A stretch of DNA of 64,000 nt from contig NC_068985.1 of assembly GCF_001194135.2 (NCBI RefSeq), forward strand, positions 11,025,212 to 11,089,211, given 5' to 3'. Under the pieces are notes generated by a model. It searched no databases, was not told the DNA's origin, and saw only the letters and a program-made list of their open reading frames with translations. Shown here in pieces: positions 25,661 to 39,525 of this stretch (the first letter of the stretch is position 1; the number at the start of each line of letters is the position of its first letter). The translations under genes were made by a program, and so were the position numbers. The DNA comes from Octopus bimaculoides. Its lineage: Eukaryota.

Positions 25661-27006
25661 GTAAAGGAAAAGACGAAAACAGATGTATGAACAACAAGCT
25701 TGTGTATTATTTTGATGCTCGGGAAAGTGAGAAAGTTTTCTTTTATGTTTCCAGCCTACGCTCTACAACGGAAAGGAATAAGAGAAAATAAACAGAGAGA
25801 AAGAATTGTGGATTTAGTGGTCAGGCTTAGCGACTGGTTGGAGAAATAAAAGGTTTGACAGGAGAGGTAGAAAGAAGGAGAGATAATAAGGTATTGGTGC
25901 CTATGGGTGTATGTCACAATGAGTAAGTGTGTGTGTGGATATGGGCTAGTGCCTGACGTGTGTGGATGTGTGTGTGTGTTTATAATGTGTAGGTGTGTGA
26001 ATAGTGTGCGGATGATGGAGTGTGGAGTGGTGTGGTGTGTGGTGGTGGTGGTATCATGTGGGAGTGTATATATATGTAAATTTCGAAGGGAAGGAAAAAT
26101 AAAAACATTTACCATCTATCTCCTGGACTATGGTTTCTCATTCTATATAAGCAAATAAAATAATTTGTGAGGGGAGTCTTCATCAACAGGTATGCCAAGA
26201 TTAAACAAATAAAAACGAGGCAATCCAGCATGTGCTCCTTGCTTATATATTATAATTTTTCAAATCCATCACGCATGCGCAATTTTTGTCGGCAGCAAAT
26301 AAAATAATGGCAGCAAATAAAATAACTTCGAAATTTTGCCAAAAATTATCAACAATTAATAATATCAGGGTAAGAAAAAGAGATGGATATCTCTTATGTG
26401 TTTTGATGTACACTGTATTTATATGAATAATATATAGTCTATGGACTAATTTTTCTACACGCTAGGCCACTGGTAGTAAAAATTTCTAAAATTTTTTCTT
26501 ACCCTGATATTATTAAGTATATATATATNNNNNNNNNNNNNNNNNNNNNNNNNNNNNNNNNNNNNNNNNNNNNNNNNNNNNNNNNNNNNNNNNNNNNNNN
26601 NNNNNNNNNNNNNNNNNNNNNNNNNNNNNNNNNNNNNNNNNNNNNNNNNNNNNNNNNNNNNNNNNNNNNNNNNNNNNNNNNNNNNNNNNNNNNNNNNNNN
26701 NNNNNNNNNNNNNNNNNNNNNNNNNNNNNNNNNNNNNNNNNNNNNNNNNNNNNNNNNNNNNNNNNNNNNNNNNNNNNNNNNNNNNNNNNNNNNNNNNNNN
26801 NNNNNNNNNNNNNNNNNNNNNNNNNNNNNNNNNNNNNNNNNNNNNNNNNNNNNNNNNNNNNNNNNNNNNNNNNNNNNNNNNNNNNNNNNNNNNNNNNNNN
26901 NNNNNNNNNNNNNNNNNNNNNNNNNNNNNNNNNNNNNNNNNNNNNNNNNNNNNNNNNNNNNNNNNNNNNNNNNNNNNNNNNNNNNNNNNNNNNNNNNNNN
27001 NNNNNN

Positions 27007-27013
27007 ATATATG

Positions 27014-27059
<46 letters not shown>

Positions 27060-27151
27060 TATGTATATATATATATGTATGTATATATATATATGTATGT
27101 ATATATATATATGTATGTATATATATATGTATGTATATATATATATGTATG

Positions 27152-27191
<40 letters not shown>

Positions 27192-27581
27192 TGTATCTAT
27201 ATATATGTATATATCTATATATATATATATATACACGCACACACGAGCACACAAACACATATCCATATTCCTTGAAGACGGAGGCTCATGGTATCCGATG
27301 ATGGAATCAAATTACAAACATTTTGGGGGACCAACAAGTCCCCAGAACCAGTTGCTGGACTCATATAACGTCCTACTCAACCCCTTTAATTCCTGATACC
27401 GTTTCCATTCTGTCTAAGTCGAGCTTTAATATATTTATACATATGTACATTTTTTTGTTTGAAATGTATCTAAATATTTCTTGTGTATCTTGCTTGTCCT
27501 TATATTTACTCATCTACCTGCTCAAATTCAAATGTCTTGAGCACTACGAAGTGCAATCTATACAGAAAATACCTCCCTTTA

Positions 27582-27641
<60 letters not shown>
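27007..27641. repeat. Compound TA/TATG microsatellite (27007-27233) and (TATC)n (about 27583-27641)
   Basis: Read directly from the sequence. Confidence 0.9.
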
Positions 27642-28964
27642 GTAAATGAACGTATCTAAAATATAATCAATGAAATTCTTACTATTTTTGAGTAAGTCAG
27701 TGGTTAACGGGTACTTCCACCTTGTATAGTTGGGCATATACTGGTGATGTATGTTACAGCTTCCGGGGGAAAGGATTCGGTGTTGTTAAATCTGGTATGT
27801 AGATTGTCAAACAGACACAGGAGGCTAGCTCGAGAAGAGATGAGCCTTGTATATGTTATAGGATTATGATTGACGTCAAAAACATCCATTACGCTGAATG
27901 AAAGGCTGTTGCATTGATGTAAAGGAGGTACAGAAAAATTAGTGTACAAACCGGTTTTATTGCTTCGTGCATGTTGTTCAATGAACATTAGTAAACTATT
28001 TGAATACTATCTTTAAAATTATATGCCCAATTATTCGATAGAAAATACTGACAAAGAACTATATGTCGATTCCAGATAGAACGATATGTTGGTTCCAAAT
28101 AGAACTTATATGTTGCTTCTAAATAGACCAAATTTAATACTACTCATGTTTGATACAAAATATCAAATATATATGGATTAGTGTATTTGAAAGATGTAAT
28201 GCTGCATTCAATAGAAAAAATGTGCTAAAAGAGTAAATAGATTATCAAAAATTGCATCTATAATTCAATGACATTCTTAGAGAAAGTACTCTTCAATACT
28301 CCGGTATTTCGAATACCATAAACATGTATGGAAGATGGATAATGTACAATGATGTCACTGACCAAAACTAATGTATTAACAAGCAGATAGAGAAGGAATA
28401 TTAACCCCTATCTCCGGCATATTTTTGGATAATTTTGAAGAAATGTTTATTTGTGTGACACATATTATTACTCTTTAGTCTTCTTGATATCAACAGACAA
28501 TCTTTGTATAACAAATTTGGTTAGAAAATGTAATGTACCAGAAGAACTTGTTAGAAAAGCAGATGTGGAATTAAATAGAGAATAACGTTCCATGAAGTGA
28601 TTGAAATTAGATCGAACCCAGCACATACTATTGACCTTCAGATACCACGATATCAATCCAGATGACATTCAGCTTTAATATATATTTGCTCTCAGATTTC
28701 ACACAGGTGTATGAGTGTACATTCATCAACCCGAAAATGAGAGACCCAAACATTGGCGGTCAAAAGCAAACGGGAAATACCAAGCATCAGTTGTACGGAC
28801 ATTGGCAAAATGTTACGTAGTGCATGTTATTTTATTGAAAATATAAAAGGATTAGGAAAGCAACTGCATCTTCCAGCTCTTTATATTCTTTGTTCGAATT
28901 CTACATGGACACTCTAGATGGACGTTGATTTTCAACTACCTATGGTCAATAAATATCGGTTACA

Positions 28965-29165
28965 AATTTTGGCACATGGTCATCAATTTCGGAAGAATGA
29001 TAAGTCGATTACACGACCTCAGTGGTCACCTCTTACTTACTTACTTACTTTATCGACCGCGAAATGATGAATGGCAAAGTCGAACTCGGCAGAATTTTAA
29101 CCCAGAATGTAAAAACGAATGAAATATCGCTAAGCATTTTGTACGACGCACTTAACGATTCTAAT
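28965..29165 (-). mobile_element. SINE family A, diverged
   Basis: GGCAAAGTCGAACTCGGCAGAATTTTAACCCAGAA and the head segment match the reverse complement of family A. Confidence 0.75.
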
Positions 29166-29439
29166 CATCGCATGCCCAAACAGAAGTGTTGTTTATTACC
29201 ATCAGAATTTTTACCTTAAAGGAACTAACAGAGTCTTTACGAACTCAAGTTGCCGAGATGGGTAGCAACGTCTTACCGTCAGGCAGACTTTAAAAGCTGA
29301 CACGAATTTTAGAATATACAATACAGAAACGGTAGAAGTTCATGCGTATCTGAATGTCTAATTGCGTGGGAACATCATCGAATATATATAATACGCATGT
29401 ACACGTAAATAAACATTTGAACGGTACGCACTTGCACAC

Positions 29440-29545
29440 ACGTACACACACAAGCACACAGACACACAGACACAGACACACACTCACACACACACACATA
29501 TATATATATATATGTGTGTGTGTGCGTACATATATGTGTATGTAT

Positions 29546-29581
<36 letters not shown>

Positions 29582-29864
29582 GTATGTATGTATGTATATA
29601 TGCATGTATGTATATGTATGTATGTATATATGTATGTGTATATATATATGTGTGTATAAATATGTATGTATATACATATATGTATATATATCTATATCTA
29701 TATATATATATATATGTATATATATATGTATGAATGTATATATATGTACGTATATATATATATATATGTATGTATATATATATGTGTATGTATATATATA
29801 TGTATATGCATGTATGTATATATATATATATATATATATGTATGCATATATACATCTACACACA

Positions 29865-29917
<53 letters not shown>
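29440..29917. repeat. Large compound CA/TA/TATG microsatellite running into a gap
   Basis: Read directly from the sequence. Confidence 0.95.
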
Positions 29918-30569
29918 NNNNNNNNNNNNNNNNNNNNNNNNNNNNNNNNNNNNNNNNNNNNNNNNNNNNNNNNNNNNNNNNNNNNNNNNNNNNNNNNNNN
30001 NNNNNNNNNNNNNNNNNNNNNNNNNNNNNNNNNNNNNNNNNNNNNNNNNNNNNNNNNNNNNNNNNNNNNNNNNNNNNNNNNNNNNNNNNNNNNNNNNNNN
30101 NNNNNNNNNNNNNNNNNNNNNNNNNNNNNNNNNNNNNNNNNNNNNNNNNNNNNNNNNNNNNNNNNNNNNNNNNNNNNNNNNNNNNNNNNNNNNNNNNNNN
30201 NNNNNNNNNNNNNNNNNNNNNNNNNNNNNNNNNNNNNNNNNNNNNNNNNNNNNNNNNNNNNNNNNNNNNNNNNNNNNNNNNNNNNNNNNNNNNNNNNNNN
30301 NNNNNNNNNNNNNNNNNNNNNNNNNNNNNNNNNNNNNNNNNNNNNNNTAATGCGGGGCGTAACGGAAAGCGCAGAGTGGAAAGAACCGCTAGGTTAATTA
30401 ATTAACATTAGATCCTGTTGGAATGCAATGATGAGTGAGTGTAATTTATATGTTTGCATTGACATCTACAGCCGTTTTACGAAATTAGTGAAACTCATCT
30501 ATTACTTAAAGTCAAACGTCCACTGATTTCGGAACGACAATATGATATAGAATTTGATAAATGAACATA

Positions 30570-30644
<75 letters not shown>

Positions 30645-33600
30645 TATAAGAGGTATTGGCGTCAAGAAGACCCAAAGTTGTCATGTAATGCCGAGCAAGT
30701 GCTCTGGACAGATTATAGTTAAGCTCCTGGTTCGATAATCATGCGAATGACGAGTCCAACGTAGCTCGTGTATTAGCAAGCATATATATAAAAATTAACA
30801 AAATGAGATAAAAAATGTTTAAGTAATAGTTATAATGGAGAAGATATGAAATACAGACTGAACTGGAGAAGTAAAAACAGACGTGAGATACGTAAGGATA
30901 TTGTATTTGCAGTACCATTGTTTAAGCAGAATGGTGTATATATAAGCTTCCTGCACCTTGTGTGTGAGTTCCAATGATGTTTATTATTGGTCATCCCGAA
31001 CATAGAGTCTTGTAAACGGTGTTATTCGATCGAGGGTTTTTTTGAAGTGATTTAACATTTGAGAATGTGTTTGTAATACTGCTACAAACACTAGATCAAA
31101 TCTTTAGAGGTGGGTCAGTGAATGTACCCTTTACTACATCTAGTTCTACACTGAACTTCCAAACTAATCTTAATATTTTAAACCTTACAAAAGAAGTTTC
31201 TCAACAATTATGCTGGCGGTAATTCTAAAAACAGCATGGTCTCCTTTAACGTTTGAAAATAATTCATCCAAATAACAGGTATCTGGAACATTGCATTCAC
31301 TGATGTAACATATTCCGGGTAATTATTCCTACAGCGAATTTTTTCCGTCCATCTTTTAATTATGAACTCCTGCTTCTCAACTGCAGCCGATTCGTTCGGA
31401 CCTTCGTCAACAAGATCTTCACCAGATTTTCAGAGAGTCTGTTTCATTTGCATTTTAAACTGGCAGTTTTTTTAGCAGTATTGCCATTGAAAAAATTCCT
31501 CTGAATCTCCTCTCCGCTTTTTAAAATGCTTCACAGCATCGACTAGATAAATCTCCCCGAGACCTCACAGTATTCCACTGCATCAGGCTCAACATCTCTC
31601 TCGCATATAGACGCCAACTCCTTCAAATCGACAAAAAAATCTAACCCTGAGAATATCCTTCTATTACCCTCAAACGATGTGCCATATAGGTTGTCTTTTT
31701 TCTTACCGAACGGTACAACCTCCTCTTATCGATATATCCTCATATTTCAAGCCCCACTACATCGTATCATATCCCCAGCGAAGAGAAACAGAACGAAAGT
31801 TGCGAAACAGAAAACCAAATCCATGACTTTCTTTAGATGAAATTTAAAATGTAGTTGCGTATCACAACTACACATCCCTATGTACGTTCCAACGTATTTA
31901 TACAGCCTCTTCTCATTGCATTTCATTTTATATCCAGATACGTTCGATGCATTGCATTAGTCTTCTGCTCCATATGACGGTTATTTTCGTTGGCAGATAT
32001 TAACAGGGATCAGCGAAAAATTGTTCGCTAAAATTATATACAAAATCATCTTGATCTTCTTTCATATTTGAGTGTCTCCATATCAACATAAATGAAAACC
32101 TGTATGTTACCGGTACCACCTTCTTCAAATCCTACTTTCTGCAACATTTGCTCAAGGGTGTTGCTGACGGATACTGCTTCGTCATCTTTTCTGTGTAATA
32201 TCTTCAACAGGTTTGGATAAGAGATTAACATAACCTAAACGATAAAGATGTTCACCTGATTGCCTTACACCATAAATATATTTTATCGGTTACCTCATAT
32301 AATTATTTGCAGAATGGTTTGAAATGTTTGTTTATTCTCAATATCTGTTACAATCAAACTTCGAAGATAATGTGGCTCGTACATGCAAGTATCTTTGATA
32401 CTTAAGCTCTATTGATGCCTTTGTTTTTGGTGGAATGGAAATGAATTCTAAAAAAAAAATGAACATTTAGGTAGAATCGAAATCTGAAATACAGCTAAGA
32501 TTCGTATCAAATTGTAGAGAAGAGTTTTTCTCCAAATTATTTCGCTCGGTTACGTTTGGGAGCAGGACAAACAAGTTACTTTTTAGATCTGCGCAGATCA
32601 ATATTGATTTTCAGGCAGCATTTATTGCTATTACAGTATGAAAAATAGTAGAAAAATAAAATCTATGGACTTACATTTCAGATATCCTGTGACTTTTGTT
32701 CCTTACAACAACATGTAACCAACTTTCTTTGCTTTAAACTCCGTTGCTTTTATTCCACCTTTCAGTTGAAAAGATACAGAAGTTATGTTTTTCCAAAATA
32801 GCCCGCATGCATCTATGTAAAAACTGGATTTGTTGGATAATTACGTCTTTCCATTCACCTGCTGATTTCGTGTTATCCGAATGCTGTTTGTATGAGAAAC
32901 AGCACATGTACAGTGATGTGAATATTTTTCTTTCCAATTTAATACAGAGTATTTGTTATTTGTACTCCAGCAGGTATATTTTGAAATATTTAAAGAAACT
33001 ACTGAGTAAATAATTAATTCCAAAGTTGTTTCTATTCGATAAAGATTTTTGCACAATTTCGACAATGGATTATAATGAGATACTTTCAAGTGTGTCGTTA
33101 GTTATTTTATTTTGTTTGTGAGCGATAATATATCATCAGTGAATATAACAATATTCTCGATGGATACATACACTCACACAGATACACACACACGCACACA
33201 AAGGTGTACGCATAGAAAAAAGAAATCGAGTGAGAGAGAGAAAGAGAGAAAGAGGGAGAGAGAAATAGAGATAAAGAAATAGAGGTAGAGACAGAGACAG
33301 AGAAAAGAGGATAGAAAAGTGTTTGACAAGTATTCAAGGAAGTTGTATTTTGAAATCTGTAGGAATTGTAGAAGAAATTTTAAAAGAGAAATTACGAAGT
33401 TTTTCAATATTTTGCTCATTTCATATGCAACCAATATTTCTGAGGTGTTCCGACACTGAAGTTGCTGCTGATGCAGACTACAGATAAAACGGATGCTTAC
33501 ATTCAGAAGTCTGAATATAAGAATAACAGCAAAGAAGACAATATTTTAAAATTTATTCAATGAGGTTGTCAATAATTTCTGGAGCAATTACAAAGCGAGG

Positions 33601-34052
33601 AATTACAGTTCTATACTGAGAACTGAATGAAAGTTATATTGAAGCATCGAATGAATAATAATGCACTTTCTGCACATTTATTTCAAATTCTTTCAATCGA
33701 AACATTTTACTCTTACAGAGAATCCATCAAGGCTTGCATATGATGGAGGAGCGATATTAGCGAACGTGAAACTAAGCCATTTTGTCTGACAACTTTTGAA
33801 ACCTGGTTCAAAAATATAACGTTGACCACAAGTGGCAATGAAAGTCCAGTGTTAACATTTTGATCCATTGTATCATCATACTTTTCCCAAATTCGCTGCA
33901 TTAATACTGAAAGGCTAGTTATATTATACATTTTTTTAAATATTTATATTATGCAATGAAAATTAGAATAAACTATGTTGCAATAAATACCGACTTCATA
34001 TTTAATGTGCAAAACTTTTTTAGTTTAAAATAGAAATACTATTATTTCTAAA

Positions 34053-34214
34053 GCGCAGGATTGCCTGTGTGGTAAGTAGCTTGCTTACCAACCACAATGC
34101 TCCGGGTTCATTCCCACTGCGTGGCACCTTGGGCAAGTGTCTTCTACTATAGCCTCGGGCCGATCAAAGCCTTGTGAGTGGATTTGGTAGATGGAAACTG
34201 AAAGAAGCCCATAG

Positions 34215-34269
<55 letters not shown>

Positions 34270-34468
34270 CTGTGTTTGTTCCCCCACCATCTCTTGACAA
34301 CCGATGCTGGTGTATTCACGTCCCCGTAGCTTAGCGGTTTGGCAAATGAGCCCGATAGAATAAGTACTAGGCTTACAAAAGAATAAGTCCTGGGGTTAAT
34401 TTGTTTGACTAAAGGCAGTACTCCAGCATGGCCGTAGTCAAATGACTCAGACGAGTAAAAGAGTAAAC
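34053..34468 (+). mobile_element. SINE family B, full length
   Basis: Head GCGCAGGATTGCCTGTGTGGTAAG, B-box-like GGGTTCATTCCC, CORE-like segment, internal (TA)n(TG)n, and tail GAGTAAAAGAGTAAA. Confidence 0.9.
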
Positions 34469-34501
34469 CTCTCAACGAGAAATATTCAGTAACAATTCTT
34501 T

Positions 34502-35010
34502 AAAGTGAAAGTTCTTTGCCAACATAATGTGGCTGTCCTGAAAGGGACGATTGTTACTGTTGTTTAGCCCCAGGAAACATCGTTTCCAACTGGCTATACG
34601 ACACAATATCTGTGTCCTTATATTTTCGAACAGGGTGTCCAACACTTCCATCCACCACATCCAGCACTGTTCCTGTATATCTCTTTGTGAGAGATTTAGA
34701 AATATTATTTCTATTCTAGTAGATCAGTGACCGTGTGTCACTTTGAAAGCCATATATTTGCGAACGGTGAGTTCAGCAGCGCCACCTAGTCAAGCAGCTA
34801 CTTTGTGTTGATAAAGAGGAATAACCCAGAAACCGGTCCACAGCTGTTGTTCTACGCTGGATGGGAATGCTGGACTCACTGTTCGAAAATATAAGGACAC
34901 AGATATTGTGTCGTAAAGCCAGCTGGAAACGATCTTTCCTGGGGCTAAACAACAGTAATAATCGTCCCTTTCAGGACAGCCACATTATGTTGGCAAATAA
35001 TCTTTACTTT
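34502..35010. mobile_element. Foldback/MITE with ~145-bp terminal inverted repeats
   Basis: 34515-~34660 is the near-perfect reverse complement of ~34855-34997 (TTTGCCAACATAATGTGGCTGTCCTGAAAGGGACGAT...TTTTCGAACAG). The left end follows TTAA. Confidence 0.85.
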
Positions 35011-35349
35011 GTTAGTTTGTACAACGTAAAATGATTTTCGTATTCACTTACAATATTACGAGAAACCACAAGAAAGGAAACCTTTCTAAAAACATATTTT
35101 ACTTAATGTTGTTAGTGTGACGTGCGGAAAGCCTTAAAATGCCATCGAATTTGCATGCGTGCATAATACTCGTCTTTCGCTAACTCATTTTGCTTAACCC
35201 TACCTATCCAGATTTTCCAGATTTATATAAATATCTTCTATTACAAGACACAAAAACGTCATTGGTATGTACATATACTTTTCTTAGCATATCTCGTATC
35301 CTACTTTGTGCGTCACTTGATCTCTTTTGCCAAATGCTCATTTTCAAAC

Positions 35350-35553
35350 TGTGCCACAAGGCCAGCGATTTCGGGGAATGGTTAAAGTAAATATGATCGA
35401 CTCCAGTACTCAACTGGTATCAATGTTATCGATTCAGAAAGGTTGAGTGGTAACGTCAACATCATCCGAGTTTTGAACACAGAAAGTAAAAACGAACTCA
35501 ATGTCGCTAGGAGGTTTATTCAGCGGGGTTGCGATTCCGTCAGCTAGCCGCCT
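35350..35553 (-). mobile_element. SINE family A, diverged
   Basis: Head rc of GCTAGCCGCCTT, the body, and the tail GTGCCACAAGGCC. Confidence 0.7.
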
Positions 35554-35560
35554 TCAAACG

Positions 35561-35594
<34 letters not shown>

Positions 35595-36041
35595 CCATAT
35601 TCATGTATTAACCTATCTACCTACCATTCCACGTTTCTAGGTCCCCCTCTCTCTCTCTATGTATATATATACATATATATATATATATACACACACACAT
35701 GCAGTTATGTATATATATGTGTGTATGTATATGTACATATATATACATATGCTTTCCCTGATGAGAAGGTTACAATTTTAATATCAAAGATCCCTATGGA
35801 TCACACAGGTTGTAATCCTTTGAAACATATGTAGGAATAAAGTATGCAATTATAACATGCGTTTTCTCCATTCCTTAAATTCTTAAATATACTCAAATAC
35901 CCAAAATTTCAAGGAGTTCCTGCCTTAAAAACAGGAACTAAACCACAGTTATTTTGTGTTCTTTGCTACATTGGTTTCTATTAACCCATTTATTCTATCA
36001 GAAAATTTTTTATTCATTAAGATAGAAGAAATACACATAAT

Positions 36042-36072
<31 letters not shown>

Positions 36073-36114
36073 TTATGTGTAATATTTGTACATACAAATA
36101 CGTGTGTATTGGTT

Positions 36115-36310
36115 TCATATTTTGGCAGAAGTTCCGCAATTTTGGAGGAAGGAGTAAATCAATTTCATCGACCCCAGTGCTCAACCGATACTTATTTTCT
36201 GGGCCGCGATAAGGATGAAAGGTAAAGTTGACCTCTGTGGAATTTGAACTCAGAACGTAACGACAAACCAAATACTGTTAAGCATTTTAACGATTCTACC
36301 AGCTTGCCGT
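36115..36310 (-). mobile_element. SINE family A, diverged
   Basis: GGATGAAAGGTAAAGTTGACCTCTGTGGAATTTGAACTCAGAACGT matches the reverse complement of family A. Confidence 0.8.
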
Positions 36311-36680
36311 CTTGCAAACACCTATATATTAATATGATGTCCTTGATAGTATATATTTCTTCGATTTCACTACCTGCCTTTATGATGCAACGCAATATGT
36401 GCAATGGCATGTTAATCATAAGTTATCGATATTTCTTCATTTCATTGTTTTTGCAGAGATTAAATTCTATATTTGTTTGAAAATCGATTATCGAGTATTT
36501 TTCTACCTAATTGTTTATTTTCATAGCTAGAAATATTTCGATATTTCTGGATTGAATAAGTTGTTTTAAAGATTGATTCATTCAGTACCGGGTTTTAAGA
36601 CTTAATAGCATCTTTATATATTCAACAAATACACGCACGCATACATGCGTATATATTGAAACATACCTCGCTCCGTGTGT

Positions 36681-36729
<49 letters not shown>

Positions 36730-37563
36730 GTGTGTGTGTGTGTGTGTGTGTGTGTGTACATGTATCTATTTTTACGTGAATATGTACGTGAATGCATGTC
36801 TGTCTTTAAATAAATATGCATACATATATGCGTATGTATATGTATATATACATATACATATTTATTCATGCATACATACGAACATATACACAAACACACA
36901 CACACACACATCTATGTATGTATATATGCATATATAAATAAACATATATATGTGGCATGTCTGAACAAAATGTGTTAGCCTGGATAATTGCGTGTTGCTG
37001 TCACTTTCGCCCTGTGGATTTTCTCATCATTCCATCCAGCATTGCTTTACATATATTTTCTGGCATAATCTAAACAAAGAAAAGAAATGCGGAAAGATTT
37101 ATAATGAAGATTTTTGTAGTTGAAATTACAATATGAATAAGTAATCCATTTTCCAATTGGTCTTCAGTGGAATCGTTACGAAAATATTTACCTGTAATAT
37201 GATTAAACAATATCAGTGTTTTTAGGAAATGTATTTATTAAGGGAGACTTATTAATTTTCTCTTAATAAATATTCATGCAGGTTTTAGATTATGGCACAT
37301 CTTTGAGTTCTCCACAACATTATCTTCCAAATTATGTTTCAGCCGAGAGGAATGTGAAGGGCGAGCCGATGAATTATCCTCAGCATAAATTTTACGACCA
37401 CCTACCGACTCCGAAATCGTTTTGATTGTCTTCGATGAAATTAAGTCTAGTAGGGAATTAACAATGAAATGCTGAGCCTCAGAATCAGGAAATAAAGAAT
37501 TTACTTGTAATGAGGGAGGTACTAGGATCCACTCCCAACTTTCTCACATTTTGTCTATTTTTC

Positions 37564-37793
37564 TTATTTCTTTATTGTCCACAAGGGGCTAAACATAGAA
37601 GGAACAAACAAGGACAAACAACCGGATTAAGTTGATTACATCGACCCCAGTGCGTAACTGGTTCGTATTTAATCGACCCCGAAAGGATAAAAGGCAAAGT
37701 CGACCTCGGCGGAATTTGAACTCAGAACGTAACGGCAGACGAAATACCGCTAAGCATTTCGCCCGGTGTACTAACGTTTTTGCCAGCTCGCCA
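37564..37793 (-). mobile_element. SINE family A, full length, A1 tail, with ~30-bp target-site duplication
   Basis: Near-consensus copy flanked by CCCAACTTTCTCACATT(T/C)TGTCTA(T/C)TTTTC at 37534-37563 and 37794-37823. Confidence 0.92.
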
Positions 37794-39296
37794 CCCAACT
37801 TTCTCACATTCTGTCTACTTTTCTTTGAAAGGAGTTATGTTTTGTTATATTATTTTCAGATTAGAATCTATCCTCAGGTTTTTTTCTCAGACTAACAATC
37901 CCAAATCAACTCGTCATGAACTTTTAAAATGTTTCAGGTGAATGAAAAATGTAGAAGTAATCCCACTATGTGCCTCTCGCGAAAACTTGATTGTCTCTGT
38001 ACGGCTAACTTTGCAATTCATCCAAAAATGAATTCCAACAGAAAATGTTACCATTGTTTCAAGTCATCTATGCTCTAACTACTTTACCTGAACAAGTACA
38101 TCAACAGTTAAAATTCACGTTTATCAGAAATGTTGATTGATGTTTCGAGGCATCCAAAGACTTGTTTCAGTTTTACCGAGGAATTCTTTCATTAAATGCA
38201 ATATAGAAAAAAAGTTACTATTTGTTTTACTAGTATAATATACTTAATCAAAACATAATCATCAACATCTTATAATTGCTCATATATTTACTAGTACCTG
38301 TAGAAAACAACAATATTATTGTGATAAAGATAGACAAAAGACTTCAGCACGGTTTTGCAGTTGAAATATGATTTACCTTGGTGATATCACTAACAGTCAT
38401 ATTCTAATATTCTGTGATTGCCTGGTTTGTTTTATCCAACAAGGCTACATCCACGATGGAGCCCCGCCTTCAATTTAATTATCACATTATCTCTCTGATA
38501 TGCCAGCAAATAAAATTTTACAATATCAAAATATCATTTCTTTAGGTAACTAATATGCTTCTCATGAAGTTAGGAAAGATTTAATTTACGATTTTCCCCC
38601 ACGGCACTACATCATGATTATCTTTATCTCGAAGTTATTACCGATCAGAATATTCATTTTAGAAATAAGCATTTCACTGAGTTTGTAAAGTTATGAGACC
38701 AATGTGGCAGTTATTCCGCCTTTTTTTAGTACCATACCAGTTAAATAAATATATATGCCAGGTAAAACGGACATGTATTAAAGATTCTTCTGAACGCATG
38801 AACTTCGAAACGCAAAATAACTGAAGCATTCATTAGTAAATTCAATTTTCAAAGCATTGAATATTTTCTGACATTTAGTGAAGATTGGAATTGAAAACAC
38901 AATTTTTTTCACCTCCATTACCAATAAACTGTCCACTGTTATATTTTCTACTCTAACCAGAAGCTTGACAAACTGAGGAAAAATAGAAATAACACCAAAA
39001 TTTACATTGATGATGTTGCTATTTCAAAGTCATAATACTCCGTGAAATATTTAATGCAAAATATGTTACATTCAACTTAACTTTTTTCTTACATCTGTCA
39101 CTTTTCATTATAATGTTTGTCATACATAGTAATGCGTGTAAGAAACATGACTAGCACATCTTTGGTAAAGTTTGTTGAGTTAGTGACTTGTTTTCCGAAA
39201 AACTCTTTAAATCTTGTCTTTCTTAAGTTTAACAAAGTTTATGACTGGTTTTGGTGCATACTGAGTGTTTTACATTATGTAATTATGCATATATAG

Positions 39297-39484
39297 ATGC
39301 GCAGGAGTGGTTGTGTGTTAAGAAGCCTGCTTCCCAACCACATGGTTCCGGGTTCAGTCCCACTGTGTGGCACCTTGGGCAAGTGTCTTCTTCTATAGCC
39401 AAGAACCAACCAAAGCCCTGTGAGTGGATTTGGTACACAGAAACTGAAAGAAGCCCATCGTNNNNNNNNNNTATATATATGCGT

Positions 39485-39525
<41 letters not shown>

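Noticed and set aside
32046-32240. Candidate minus-strand exon after a good acceptor (CTTTATCGTTTAG)
   Set aside because: The peptide is not recognisable, the donor is ambiguous, and it cannot be linked to other exons without RNA-seq.
33713-33931. Candidate minus-strand exon with acceptor CCTTTCAG and donor GTAAGA; an alternative frame looks faintly CUB-like
   Set aside because: The open frame has no recognisable family, and the CUB-like frame contains stops with wrong C-x-W spacing.
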